A DNA stretch of 63,986 nucleotides, counting the filler, from a bacterium (GTDB taxonomy: Bacteria; UBA9089; CG2-30-40-21; SBAY01): NCBI GenBank assembly GCA_040757115.1. It is 7 parts of 7 records of this genome, joined end to end, with 100 filler letters (N's around TTAATTAATTAA, not from the genome) between each part and the next. Parts side by side here need not be neighbours in the genome. Positions count along the whole stretch, not along the records: positions 1 to 9,741 come from JBFLYA010000138.1; 6 more parts are not named here. One strand, given 5' to 3'. Shown piece after piece: positions 1 through 9,841 of this stretch (position 1 is its first letter; the number at the start of each line of letters is the position of its first letter). The notes beneath the pieces were generated by a model. That model was given only the letters and a program-made list of their open reading frames with translations, had not been told where the DNA came from and searched no databases. A program made the position numbers and the translations under genes.

Positions 1-1
1 T

Positions 2-895
2 TTTTATCCACCTGATACCCCAGATAAGCTGTGGTAAATTAAACAGGCAGGATAAATAATAAATAATATATTTAGGATTTAGAGGTTGATAAGTTAGGGC
101 TATTTTAAATTTCTTTTTTGCATTTTGTAACTCACCTATTTCAAAATACCTGCGTCCCCATGTAAAATAAAGTTTTCCATATCTTAATTTTGATTTACCT
201 GCAATCTCAGGAAAATTCTGGATAGTCTTCTCAATAATTGCTTTTTCATCAAAAAATAACCGGTCAATTTTCTTTATCTTTTGAGTGGGATGAATCCGAT
301 ATTTGACTAATGGTTGCTCAAGATAGCCACATTTGTAATGATGTGCCAGTCGAAGCCAAAAATCATAATCTTCTGTCCGTGATAGTGCCTCATCAAACAT
401 TCCAATCATCTTAAAGCAATCTTTCTTCACCATAACCGATGAAGTAAGTACCCAATTCTCCATAAATAGTGTTTTAAAAATATTTCCAGATAAAGTATCT
501 GATACCCTTCGAACTCCGATTATATTTCCTGATTCGTCAATAAGCATTAAATTAGTATGAATCCAATCTATCTCCTGGCATTGTCGAAACAGGTTTATTT
601 GTAATTCCAATTTTTGTGGCAGCCAGATATCATCCGCATCCAAAAAGGCAATATATTCCCCTTTAGCTGATTTTATTCCCACATTCCTCGCTGAAGCAGA
701 ACCGCCATTATCTTTATAAATATAGTAAATTTTATCCATAAATGGCTCAATTATCCGTTTGGTATTATCTGTTGAGCCATCATCTACTACAATTATTTCA
801 ATATCCTGATATGTTTGTTCTACAACGCTATTAATAGCTTGCGGTAGAAAATTCTCTGCGTTATAGGTTGGAATAATAATACTTATCGTTGCCAT
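2..895 (-). CDS. Glycosyltransferase family 2 (3' end runs off the window)
   Basis: Manual translation from ATG 895: MATISIIIPTYN...IVVDDGSTD...GGSASARNVG...AFLDADD...EDYDFWLR; no stop before base 1. Confidence 0.9.
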   Translation of the reverse strand, partial: MATISIIIPTYNAENFLPQAINSVVEQTYQDIEIIVVDDGSTDNTKRIIEPFMDKIYYIYKDNGGSASARNVGIKSAKGEYIAFLDADDIWLPQKLELQINLFRQCQEIDWIHTNLMLIDESGNIIGVRRVSDTLSGNIFKTLFMENWVLTSSVMVKKDCFKMIGMFDEALSRTEDYDFWLRLAHHYKCGYLEQPLVKYRIHPTQKIKKIDRLFFDEKAIIEKTIQNFPEIAGKSKLRYGKLYFTWGRRYFEIGELQNAKKKFKIALTYQPLNPKYIIYYLSCLFNLPQLIWGIRWIK

Positions 896-911
896 AGTTT
901 TATTCGCTCTA

Positions 912-2057
912 CTAATTTGCTAAACTGACCATCTTATAAATCTTTAAAGTTTCATTAGCTGTCTTTTCCCATGAAAAAAATTTGGCTCTTTGAATGCCTT
1001 TTTCTCTTAATTCATTCGCAAGAGTGGTATTAGTTAAAACCTGTCCCATTGCTTGACTTATTTCTTCTACATTATAAGGATTAACTAAAATCCCTGCATC
1101 TTCTACTACCTCAGCAGTGGCTGTTGTAGCAGAAGCTATAATCGGTGTGCCGCAAGCCATTGCTTCTACAACAGGTAACCCAAATCCTTCTACTAATGTA
1201 GGAAAGACAAATACCTCTGCTGAGGAATATAGCCCGGGCATATCTTCCATAGGAATTTCGTTAATAAAAATTACATCTTCTTTTAGATTTAATTCCTGGA
1301 CTTTTTTTAATATTTCATCAGTTTCTAACCTCCACTTGCAACCTGCAATGACTAAATTATATGCTTCAGATACATTATTTTTTAACTCATAAAAAGCCTC
1401 GACCAATCTACCTACATTTTTTCGAGGAGTTAAATTCCCTACATAAAGTAAGTATTTTCTATTTAGATTATACTTTTTCCGTATATTATTTAAGATATTC
1501 TTATCATTAATAGGATAATATTCTTCACCAACACCAAGATAAGTTACTCCTATTTTTTCTTGAGGGATTTTTAACACCTCCCTAATATAATTTTTAATAT
1601 GATGAGAGATAGTAATAATGAAATCTGTTCTTTTTAAAGTAATTGCCCTTTCCAGTTCATATTTTTTAGCCAAAAAATTTAAACATTCTCTCATGCCTAC
1701 TCCTGAATCGTAAATGGTAACTATTGATTTACCAAATAGTTGAGGTGGAGATGGAGAGAAAGTTTGATGAAAAATATCTACCTTCCCTACGAGCAGTTCT
1801 ATTGGCAGATGAAATCTTCCCCAGACCCAATTTTCTAAGAATTGAGTTTGACATCTAAAAACCCTATTTTTAAAATTTGAGGTCTCTAAATCCCTGATAA
1901 GTTTATAATTTTTCGGTCTAACAAAGCTATGAAATAAAATATACTCATTCTCTTTATCTATTTTAGCTAAATGTTTAACTAAATTGTAAGAATAGACGGC
2001 TAAACCACCTATCATCTGTTGAAAGACAATTTTTCTAACATCAATTCCTATTCGCAT
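912..2057 (-). CDS. Glycosyltransferase family 4 (GT-B)
   Basis: MRIGID start, YVGNLTPRKN and EGFGLPVVEAMACG motifs. Confidence 0.92.
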   Translation of the reverse strand: MRIGIDVRKIVFQQMIGGLAVYSYNLVKHLAKIDKENEYILFHSFVRPKNYKLIRDLETSNFKNRVFRCQTQFLENWVWGRFHLPIELLVGKVDIFHQTFSPSPPQLFGKSIVTIYDSGVGMRECLNFLAKKYELERAITLKRTDFIITISHHIKNYIREVLKIPQEKIGVTYLGVGEEYYPINDKNILNNIRKKYNLNRKYLLYVGNLTPRKNVGRLVEAFYELKNNVSEAYNLVIAGCKWRLETDEILKKVQELNLKEDVIFINEIPMEDMPGLYSSAEVFVFPTLVEGFGLPVVEAMACGTPIIASATTATAEVVEDAGILVNPYNVEEISQAMGQVLTNTTLANELREKGIQRAKFFSWEKTANETLKIYKMVSLAN

Positions 2058-2059
2058 TT

Positions 2060-3187
2060 TCAGGCTAACTCCTTATACACTGCCAATGTTTCGCTGGCTG
2101 TTTTTTCCCATGAAAATAATTTAGCCCTTTGTAGCCCTTTCTTTCCTAATTCTATCCTGAGGTTAGTATCACTTAATAGTTGATACATAGCCCCAGCTAT
2201 ATCCTCTACCTTAAAAGGGTCAATTAAAATTCCTGCATCCCTGGCTAATTCAGGTAAAGAAGCAATATTCGAGGTAATAACTGGTGTCCCACAAGCCATT
2301 GCTTCAATTACTGGTAGTCCAAACCCTTCATATAAAGAAGGGAAAACAAAGATTTCAGCACCACTGTACAAAGCCGGTAAATCTTCATCCGAAATATAAC
2401 CTGTAAAAATAACATCTTTTTGTAGATTCAATTCATTCACCTTTTGAAATACTTTGTCAAAAGCCCAACCTCCACCTGTTATTACCAAATTATAACCGTC
2501 TATGGAATTCTTCAATTGAGAAAATGCCTCAAATAATCTGATAAGATTTTTTTTAGGTTCAACATTGCCCACAAATAAAATATATCTGTTTTTAATGCCG
2601 TATTTATGTTTAATCTTATCAATTATTACCTTATCTTCGATAGGATAGAAGCACTCATTCACGCCAGAATATATAACTTTAATTTTCTCTGCTGACATCT
2701 TCTTCCAGTTTTCCAATATCCGATTTTTTGTAAAGAGTGAGTCTGAAATAATCAAATTTGCCCTTTTGATTCCCTTATGAACTTCTTTTTCCAGTGACTT
2801 TACCCACTCTAATTTTAGAAATTCAGGGTGGTCTATAAACATCAAATCATGGATTGTTAATACTGTTTTAGCCCAAATTGAGGGAAGAAGCAGATGTCTG
2901 GGACCATGAAATACATCCAGCCTGCCCAGACAAAATTCTATGGGTAAAGAAACTTTAAATAGCCTGGTCATAATTTTTGATGGTATAGGGCAAACAGCAT
3001 TATGAAAATTATTGGAGGTGAATTGAGGAAGAAATCTTTGATATTGCGGTCTTATAAAATTGAAGAATAAAAAGTATTGATTTTCCTTATCTATTTTTTC
3101 CAGATGAGATATTAAATTAGCCAGATACTGTTCTAATCCTGCTCGTTCTTCTCTAATGAGACTCCGTGCATCTATTCCAATTTTCAT
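2060..3187 (-). CDS. Glycosyltransferase family 4 (GT-B), paralog of the adjacent gene
   Basis: MKIGIDAR, VGNVEPKKN and YEGFGLPVIEAMACG motifs. Confidence 0.92.
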   Translation of the reverse strand: MKIGIDARSLIREERAGLEQYLANLISHLEKIDKENQYFLFFNFIRPQYQRFLPQFTSNNFHNAVCPIPSKIMTRLFKVSLPIEFCLGRLDVFHGPRHLLLPSIWAKTVLTIHDLMFIDHPEFLKLEWVKSLEKEVHKGIKRANLIISDSLFTKNRILENWKKMSAEKIKVIYSGVNECFYPIEDKVIIDKIKHKYGIKNRYILFVGNVEPKKNLIRLFEAFSQLKNSIDGYNLVITGGGWAFDKVFQKVNELNLQKDVIFTGYISDEDLPALYSGAEIFVFPSLYEGFGLPVIEAMACGTPVITSNIASLPELARDAGILIDPFKVEDIAGAMYQLLSDTNLRIELGKKGLQRAKLFSWEKTASETLAVYKELA

Positions 3188-3193
3188 AATTCT

Positions 3194-3222
3194 ATTTTAT
3201 CATTCGTAGGAGATAATGTCAA
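3194..3222 (-). promoter_or_regulatory. Sigma70 promoter of the glycosyltransferase operon; predicted leaderless transcript
   Basis: TTGACA-N17-TAAAAT with TG extension; +1 falls at about the A of ATG 3187. Confidence 0.7.
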
Positions 3223-3241
3223 GGGAATTTTAAGCGGCGGC

Positions 3242-3600
3242 ATAATGGGTTAGTCATTTGGGGGTAATGTGTAATAAAACATTAGACAACCCCCTAACCC
3301 CCTTTGTTAAGGGGGAATTTTGGGGGGTGTCTGAAAATAACGCTAATAGTGAAATCTATCCAGATTTGTGTAAAAAAGGGGATAAGGAGATAAAAGGAGA
3401 TATGGAGATTATTCATTGTAATTTGCAAAATTTTAGAATGAATTTATCTCCTTATCTCCATAATCCCCATATCTCCTTTTCTTACACTATTTCAACCTTT
3501 ATGCTAGATTAAGACACCACCGAATTTTGCCTACAAACCTGCAGTTCTGCTCATCCTCCAAATCTCTAATCTCTAGTTCTCCATTTCACTAACCCATTAC
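3242..3600. mobile_element. MITE family E (GTAATGGGT(T/C)AGT termini) containing a nested family B MITE
   Basis: Termini ataatgggttagt / actaacccattac; perfect 8-bp TSD gcggcggc at 3234-3241 and 3601-3608. Confidence 0.85.
3323..3521. mobile_element. MITE family B (GGTGGTGTCT termini, ~200 bp)
   Basis: Perfect 8-bp TSD gaattttg (3315-3322, 3522-3529); near-identical copies at 19933 and 38860. Confidence 0.88.
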
Positions 3601-5570
3601 GCGGCGGCACGAATGAGTGTTTCTTCTTTTTTTCCATTAGTCATTTGAAGTCCCAATCGTTGTTCTGTGGCTCGGATGATCGTTCCAATCATCTCACTGT
3701 AAGATATTCCTTCAATCTTTGCCATTTTTGCCAGGTGTCCATCCCAGCACCAACCTGGGTTAGGATTTACCTCAAGCAATTTAGGATTACCATCTGAATC
3801 AACCCTCCAATCAAATCGGCAATAATCCCTGCACTCCAGGCGCTCATATAACTTTAAACAACATTCCACAATGGATTTTTTTGTCTCCTCTGGCAACTGG
3901 GCAGGAATGGATTTGATAACCCAATATGGCGAGTCTGGAAGCCATTTTGCTTCATAGCCGCATATTTTAGGCAGTCCTTGTGGAAGTGCTGAGTAATCCT
4001 CCTCGATAATGGGTAAGATTGTATAAAATTCTGGTGGATTTCCTATTATCCCTACACTCAAGTCTTTTCCTGTCAGGAATTCTTCAACAAGAATAGGTTT
4101 GTCATACCCAAATTTCTCACGGATTTCTGAAATAGCGTTTACCAGTTCCTCAATATTATTTGCCACACTCCGCTGTGTTATACCAAAACTGGAGTCCCCA
4201 AAGTTGGGTTTTGTAATTACCGGGAATTCAAAAGGAATCTCAAAAGTGGTATCTTCTGGTTTGATAAAGAAAGCCTCTGGAACTGGAATCTCCATCTCTT
4301 TTGCAATTCCACGCACAAGTGATTTATCATAGCAGTAAGCAAGACATTGTGGGCCGGCGCCTGTATATGGAATATCAAGCATTTCCATCAAAGAAGGGAT
4401 ATGAAGTTCTTTTCTCGGGTCGTTAGCATATCCTTCATCACACAAATTAAAAACAAAATCTATTTGAGGTTTTAGTTTTACCAACTCCTGATACAAGGTA
4501 TCGTGGTTATTAAGTGGTATAAACCGATAACCATGAAGTTCTCTTAAGGCATCTTTTAATTGGTCAATTGTATAGAAATCATCGTCATCAAAGATGCACA
4601 TTGGTTTTAATGGGTCGGGTTTTGACGGGTCACCTAAAATTACGGCTATATTTCTTAGTGATTCTTTTGGTTTTTTCTTAATGGGTGTCCATTCTTTTCT
4701 AACTATAGAGCTGACGAGGATGCGTCGTTCCATCATACCGAGGTCTTGATTTCGATGGGAATCCGTTATTATTTCTCCATGAAAGGCAATATTCGTAAAT
4801 CCTGCGGATTTGAGAAGTTCTTCCATACTTTCTCGGGTGTAAAGTCTTTCTGCATAAAATTGGTCTGTAATCACACCCTTTTCGACATGAGTTACTACCT
4901 CTCGTGAGATTAGACGCTGTTTATCTTTTGAAAGCGAACGCTCTCGACAAACAAAATGCTTTTTGTCTATCCATTCCCATGACCTTGGTTGAAATTGTTT
5001 TTTTAAATATTTTCCATCTGCCACATCGATAAGGATTCGTCCCCAGGGTTTCAGGACTCTAAAGATTTCCTTGAGCACCTGCAAATCATCCTGAATTGTT
5101 TCAAAATAGCCGAAGCTGTTACCCAGAATTACCACCACATCGAATGTATCGGGTGAAAATGGGATTTTTCTGGCATCGCCTTCTTTAAATCTGATATTCA
5201 AGCCTTCTTTTTTTGCTTGTGTTTTTGCCTTTTGAATGAGGTAATAGGAGCGGTCTAAGGCATCAATATCGGTTATACCACGGCTGGCTAATTCAAAGGT
5301 GTGTCGTCCCTGTCCGCAACATAAATCTAAAATTCTATCTTCTGGCGACAGTCTCAGGATTTTTGAAAATAAATCAACCTCCTTCGCGGTCAAGTTTTCA
5401 TCCTCAACTACATCCGCATCTGTTTTTAAATAAATTGAGTTGAATATCCGTCGCCACCAATCCGGCTGAACATACTCCTCCAAATTGTGCAAAGGACCAA
5501 ATGTCCTTTTACATCCTAATGTTACCTTTTCTTTACGAAATGGTTTGACATTAGATACTTTTATTTTCAT
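3597..5570 (-). CDS. Class I SAM methyltransferase fused to a D-Ala-D-Ala ligase-like ATP-grasp domain
   Basis: N-terminal ILDLCCGQGRH motif; C-terminal PYTG..YDK, KPNFGDSSFGI, RFDWR and LEVNPNPG motifs. Confidence 0.85.
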   Translation of the reverse strand: MKIKVSNVKPFRKEKVTLGCKRTFGPLHNLEEYVQPDWWRRIFNSIYLKTDADVVEDENLTAKEVDLFSKILRLSPEDRILDLCCGQGRHTFELASRGITDIDALDRSYYLIQKAKTQAKKEGLNIRFKEGDARKIPFSPDTFDVVVILGNSFGYFETIQDDLQVLKEIFRVLKPWGRILIDVADGKYLKKQFQPRSWEWIDKKHFVCRERSLSKDKQRLISREVVTHVEKGVITDQFYAERLYTRESMEELLKSAGFTNIAFHGEIITDSHRNQDLGMMERRILVSSIVRKEWTPIKKKPKESLRNIAVILGDPSKPDPLKPMCIFDDDDFYTIDQLKDALRELHGYRFIPLNNHDTLYQELVKLKPQIDFVFNLCDEGYANDPRKELHIPSLMEMLDIPYTGAGPQCLAYCYDKSLVRGIAKEMEIPVPEAFFIKPEDTTFEIPFEFPVITKPNFGDSSFGITQRSVANNIEELVNAISEIREKFGYDKPILVEEFLTGKDLSVGIIGNPPEFYTILPIIEEDYSALPQGLPKICGYEAKWLPDSPYWVIKSIPAQLPEETKKSIVECCLKLYERLECRDYCRFDWRVDSDGNPKLLEVNPNPGWCWDGHLAKMAKIEGISYSEMIGTIIRATEQRLGLQMTNGKKEETLIRAAA

Positions 5571-5672
5571 TTTATTCCCCCCCCCAAAAAAAAGTTTAGG
5601 ATAATAATATCATTTTTTGGATAATTTTGCAACAAAAATTTTAATAAAAAAATAAAATTTTTGGTTATCCAC

Positions 5673-5701
5673 TTGACAAAAAAAAGATATTATGATATAA
5701 T
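5673..5701 (+). promoter_or_regulatory. Sigma70 promoter upstream of the CBS/PAS gene and rho
   Basis: TTGACA-N17-TATAAT with TG extension. Confidence 0.8.
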
Positions 5702-5857
5702 TTTAATTAATGGAAAGTATGACCAACCCAAAAATCTTTCCCAATTAAAATCAATTTTTCCATAAAGTGCTTCTCTAATTCTTTTTAAATATCCTGAGGA
5801 ATAAAAAGATTACCCTGTTATTTAAGGATGGACACTAAATTTTGGGAGAAATAATAT

Positions 5858-6529
5858 ATGCCCACCAGGGAACAAGGCATAAAAAAAGACCGTGGAACAA
5901 AAATTGACATCTTGAGTTTTTTTTATAAATATCCAATAAAAAACTTACCTGTGGTAGATAAAAATAAATGTATTATTGGAATTCTGGTAAAAGAGAGTTT
6001 AATTGCATCATCTACGGTCACTTCAAATTTGACCACACCACTGACAAAAGTCATTTCAGACCATCTTGTCCCGGTGATATTAGAAAAAGATTATCAAATC
6101 TTACAAGGGTTACTTCAAAACTTTAAAAAAGTTACGACTATCCCGGTTATTGATGTTAAAGGTAGGGTGGTTGATTGGTGGAATAGATTTGATTTAATCT
6201 GTGCCTGGGAAGGATACCCGGACTTAGCTACCCAGCACTTTGAAACAATTTTCGCTAATTTCCCTTATCCTGTGGTGATTGTTGATAATAAATTAAAAAT
6301 AACTTATATGAATTTAGCCGGTATCAATCTGACAATCACCGGTCGGGGAAGAAAAGTAATCGGAAAATCTTTGAATGAAATCTTTCCTGTGGTGAAGGAT
6401 ATTAGTGATTCTTCTATTATCGATGAACGGATACTCATAGAAGGAGAAGAATTTAGATATGATAGTGTGCCTATTAAGAAAGAAGAAACAATAGTAGGTG
6501 CCATATATTTTTTAAGGAGGAAAATATAG
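5858..6529 (+). CDS. CBS-pair plus PAS-like domain protein
   Basis: LPVVD..IIGIL and [12 protein letters not shown] (CBS-like); [30 protein letters not shown] (PAS-like); stop overlaps the rho start. Confidence 0.6.
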   Translation: MPTREQGIKKDRGTKIDILSFFYKYPIKNLPVVDKNKCIIGILVKESLIASSTVTSNLTTPLTKVISDHLVPVILEKDYQILQGLLQNFKKVTTIPVIDVKGRVVDWWNRFDLICAWEGYPDLATQHFETIFANFPYPVVIVDNKLKITYMNLAGINLTITGRGRKVIGKSLNEIFPVVKDISDSSIIDERILIEGEEFRYDSVPIKKEETIVGAIYFLRRKI

Positions 6530-7791
6530 TGGAAGGACAACTTAACTTATCAGATTTACAAGCAATGAGCATTTCAAAACTAAGCGACTTAACCCATCAA
6601 TTAAAGATAGAAGGGGTTAGTGGGATGAAAAAGCAGGAGCTTATTTTTGCCATTTTACAGGCTCAAGCGGCAGAAAAAGGGCTTTTGTTTGGAGAAGGAG
6701 TATTAGAGATATTACCTGATGGATATGGTTTTTTGAGGTCACCAAAATATAATTATCTTCCTTCACCAGATGATATTTATATTTCACCTTCTCAGATAAG
6801 AAAATTTAGTTTAAAAACCGGGGATACGGTTTCTGGACAAATAAGGCCACCAAAAGAAAATGAGAAATTCTTTGCCCTTTTAAAGGTAGAGGCAGTCAAT
6901 TTCGATGACCCTGACAGGGCGGCTGATAGGATATTGTTTGATAATCTTACCCCATTATACCCGGATAAAAGAATTCATTTAGAGCGAGAATCAAAAGAGG
7001 TCTCAATGCGCATTATGGATTTACTTACCCCTATTGGCAAAGGACAACGAGGATTAATTGTCGCACCGCCACGCACCGGGAAAACAGTATTATTACAAAA
7101 ACTGGCTAATTCAATTACGACTAACCATCCGGAAATTAAATTAATCGTTTTGCTTATCGACGAACGACCTGAGGAAGTTACAGATATGGAAAGGTCAGTT
7201 AAGGGTGAGGTGATAAGTTCGACATTTGACGAGCCAGCGAGTAGGCATGTTCAAGTCGCGGAAATGGTGATTGAAAAGGCAAAAAGATTAGTCGAACATA
7301 AATATGATGTTGTCATCTTGCTGGATAGTATCACGCGATTAGCCAGGGCTCATAATCAGGTAGTTCCTGCCTCTGGAAAGGTGCTTTCTGGTGGTGTTGA
7401 TTCAAATGCCCTACATCGGCCAAAACGATTCTTTGGTGCGGCACGAAATATCGAAGAAGGCGGAAGTTTAACCATTCTTGCTACGGCTTTAATTGATACA
7501 GGAAGTAGAATGGATGAGGTTATTTTTGAGGAATTTAAGGGAACGGGGAATATGGAGGTCCTTTTAGACCGCAGTTTAGTTGACCGTAGATTATTCCCTT
7601 CTATCAATATTTCCAAATCAGGAACCCGCCGAGAAGAGTTACTTTTAGAAGAAGACGACTTGAATAAGGTCTGGCTACTGCGTAAAGCCATTACCCCATT
7701 GAATCCAGTAGAAAGTATGGAATTAATCGTTGAAAAAATGCACTCCACACAAAATAATAAGGAGTTCTTAATGGCTATAAACAGGGGATAA
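6529..7791 (+). CDS. rho: Transcription termination factor Rho
   Basis: [33 protein letters not shown] and [11 protein letters not shown] motifs. Confidence 0.98.
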   Translation: MEGQLNLSDLQAMSISKLSDLTHQLKIEGVSGMKKQELIFAILQAQAAEKGLLFGEGVLEILPDGYGFLRSPKYNYLPSPDDIYISPSQIRKFSLKTGDTVSGQIRPPKENEKFFALLKVEAVNFDDPDRAADRILFDNLTPLYPDKRIHLERESKEVSMRIMDLLTPIGKGQRGLIVAPPRTGKTVLLQKLANSITTNHPEIKLIVLLIDERPEEVTDMERSVKGEVISSTFDEPASRHVQVAEMVIEKAKRLVEHKYDVVILLDSITRLARAHNQVVPASGKVLSGGVDSNALHRPKRFFGAARNIEEGGSLTILATALIDTGSRMDEVIFEEFKGTGNMEVLLDRSLVDRRLFPSINISKSGTRREELLLEEDDLNKVWLLRKAITPLNPVESMELIVEKMHSTQNNKEFLMAINRG

Positions 7792-7806
7792 CAATGAAGA
7801 GTAAAC

Positions 7807-8008
7807 GTAATGGGTCAGTTATTTGGGGGAAACGAACATTAACCTGTGGAGGACAAAGCAATGAAAACAGTAGGCAAGTAGGTAGTAGGTAAGTAGGAAA
7901 GGGATAAAGGATGTGCACGGTATTCCTCTTCTGGGGGCAATGTCTCCCCCTTTCCTACTCTCCTACTTCCTACTTTCAGGAGAATCCCCCATTTCACTGA
8001 CCCATTAC
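7807..8008. mobile_element. MITE family E with a nested family C element (about 7825-7984)
   Basis: Termini gtaatgggtcagt / actgacccattac; perfect 8-bp TSD gagtaaac (7799-7806, 8009-8016). Confidence 0.87.
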
Positions 8009-8067
8009 GAGTAAACAGTGAACAATAGGCTACTGTTCACCATCTTCTTACAATAGGGTGTGAATAA

Positions 8068-8838
8068 ATGTTTAAATTTCCTCTTCTACCAATTAGATTC
8101 TTAGATATAATTGAGATGTTATTAATCGCCTGTGCCTTTTATTGGCTATTTATCTTGATAAAGGGAACAAGGGCGGTGCAAGGAGTAAAAGTCCTTGTCT
8201 TCCTTATTGTTGCTTCCTTTGCCGCCAATCTATTCCAATTATATACCATCGATTGGATACTGACAAGCCTATGGACTATCCTACCGTTATCGTTTGTTAT
8301 CTTATTTCAGCCAGAATTAAGACAGGTAATTGGCGAAATTGATAAAAACTATATTTTAAGAAAATTTTTTAAGAATGAAAGCCGATTGATTCCAGAAATT
8401 GTAAAAGCAATAATGTCATTATCAAAGGAACAATTAGGAGCATTAATTGTTTTAAAACAAAATATAAGCCTGAAAAATTATATCGAAACAGGGGTAAAAA
8501 TAGATGCAGAAGTAAGTTATGAACTACTTAAGACAATATTTACCCCTCATAGTCCACTTCATGATGGTGCAGTTATTATTCAAGGTGATAAAATAATTGC
8601 GGCAAGCTGTGTTTTGCCATTAACTCAAAATCCGGATGTTGTTACTCCACTTGGCACAAGACATCGCGCCGCACTTGGGCTTTCCGAAGAAACAGATGCC
8701 TTAATCCTGGTCGTGTCTGAAGAAACAGGTAATATATCCATTGCCTTAGATGGCAAGATGCGTGGTAACCTGGATGAAGAAAGCCTTACTCAAATGCTTA
8801 CCTGGTACAAAGCAAAAGAAGGACAAAAAGAAGGGTAG
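8068..8838 (+). CDS. cdaA: Diadenylate cyclase CdaA/DacA
   Basis: Three N-terminal TM helices, FQPELR, catalytic PLHDGA and GTRHRAA motifs. Confidence 0.95.
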   Translation: MFKFPLLPIRFLDIIEMLLIACAFYWLFILIKGTRAVQGVKVLVFLIVASFAANLFQLYTIDWILTSLWTILPLSFVILFQPELRQVIGEIDKNYILRKFFKNESRLIPEIVKAIMSLSKEQLGALIVLKQNISLKNYIETGVKIDAEVSYELLKTIFTPHSPLHDGAVIIQGDKIIAASCVLPLTQNPDVVTPLGTRHRAALGLSEETDALILVVSEETGNISIALDGKMRGNLDEESLTQMLTWYKAKEGQKEG

Positions 8839-8862
8839 ATACATTTAAGTAAATAGTTACTG

Positions 8863-9070
8863 CAGGAGAAACGGACATGCCCCTGTAGGGCACAAATGAC
8901 GATGAAAATTAATGGGACAGAGATTGGAGTCATTAGTCAATGGTCATTAGTCAATGACCATTGACCAATGACCATTGACCAAAAGGAGATAGGCGTAAGG
9001 AGTGATGTTTTCTTTACTTTCTACTTTCTACTTTCTACTCTCTACTTTCTACTTCCTATTTTCAGGAGAA
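8863..9070 (+). mobile_element. Family C element (GGAGAA-core, no terminal inverted repeats)
   Basis: caggagaa direct repeat at both ends; left hairpin tgccc..gggca; subterminal tgaaaat...attttca; (tttctac)n array; related copies at 44092, 47946 and 56109. Confidence 0.75.
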
Positions 9071-9075
9071 TCTAA

Positions 9076-9474
9076 ATGACACATTTACACATTTACCGTT
9101 GGATTATCAATAACCTCTGGCTAAAATTATCTTGTTTTTTATTAGCTGTGCTATTATGGTTTTCTACAAGTGGTGGAGTATCTATAATTAGAGATTTTAG
9201 TATTGCCATTACACTGGAAAATATCCCAAAAAATTTAATAGTATCCTCACTAACGACAAAAAATGTATTTATTACTGTGCAAGGGAATAGAAGTGTTATT
9301 TTGAAATGTCAGGCATCTGCTTTTTATCTCCCAATTGATTTATCAAAGAGTAATAAACCAGGAACATATTCATATAACCTGATTCCGGATGAAGTTTATA
9401 CCCCTACTGGAATTAAGGTTATTTCCATAGAACCACGAAAGGTAATACTTGCCTTAAGGGAAAAGAAGAAGTAG
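9076..9474 (+). CDS. cdaR: CdaR/YbbR-like regulator (single YbbR domain)
   Basis: NNLWLKLSCFLLAVLLWF N-terminus typical of YbbR; follows cdaA. Confidence 0.75.
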   Translation: MTHLHIYRWIINNLWLKLSCFLLAVLLWFSTSGGVSIIRDFSIAITLENIPKNLIVSSLTTKNVFITVQGNRSVILKCQASAFYLPIDLSKSNKPGTYSYNLIPDEVYTPTGIKVISIEPRKVILALREKKK

Positions 9475-9567
9475 TGCTCTGCTGTGATAGAGCAGTAGGT
9501 AGTGGTAGGGTTCTGCAAAATAGGATTTGGGGCAGACAACAAATAAATATCAAATATAAATATCAAA

Positions 9568-9741
9568 ATGCAAAATTACAAATCAAATTTCAAAAAGGAC
9601 TTCAAAAAAAAGACTGTATAACTTTACTCTGCGACTTATAGAATTCATCGATAAGTTGCCAAAGGATAGTGTTTCTCAAAGAGTTGGAGGAATTTGGTAA
9701 TATCTTTGCTTCAAGTATTTTAACGCTGAAAGGAAAGAGAT
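9568..9741 (+). pseudogene. Four-helix-bundle (23S IVS-protein-like) gene remnant, frameshifted and internally deleted
   Basis: MQNYKSNFKKDFKK / RLYNFTLRLIEFIDKLPKDSVSQR / ELEEFGNIFASSILTLKGKR; preceded by aaatatc/caaaat repeats. Confidence 0.65.
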
Positions 9742-9841
9742 NNNNNNNNNNNNNNNNNNNNNNNNNNNNNNNNNNNNNNNNNNNNTTAATTAATTAANNN
9801 NNNNNNNNNNNNNNNNNNNNNNNNNNNNNNNNNNNNNNNNN
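9742..9841. other. Artificial contig spacer
   Basis: N-run, TTAATTAATTAA, N-run; 100 nt. Confidence 0.99.

Noticed and set aside
1117-1392. Numerous short antisense or alternate-frame ORFs inside large genes
   Set aside because: Shadow ORFs of well-supported genes with no recognisable motifs.
3258-3512. ORFs 3258-3512, 38844-39056, 55999-56184, 36356-36613, 37606-37827, 41065-41435 and 60408-60635
   Set aside because: They lie within MITEs; their shared peptides merely reflect repeat DNA.
5665-5673. DnaA-box-like TTATCCACT in an AT-rich intergenic region
   Set aside because: A single 8/9 match with no cluster is not enough to call an origin.
9568-9741. Diversity-generating retroelement suggested by the Avd-like fold
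   Set aside because: No reverse transcriptase and no TR/VR pair with adenine-specific mismatches; the paralogous tails near 60235 and 62828 differ at various bases.
9742-9841. TTAATTAATTAA palindrome repeated six times
   Set aside because: Always centred in identical N-runs; it is an all-frame-stop contig linker, not biology.
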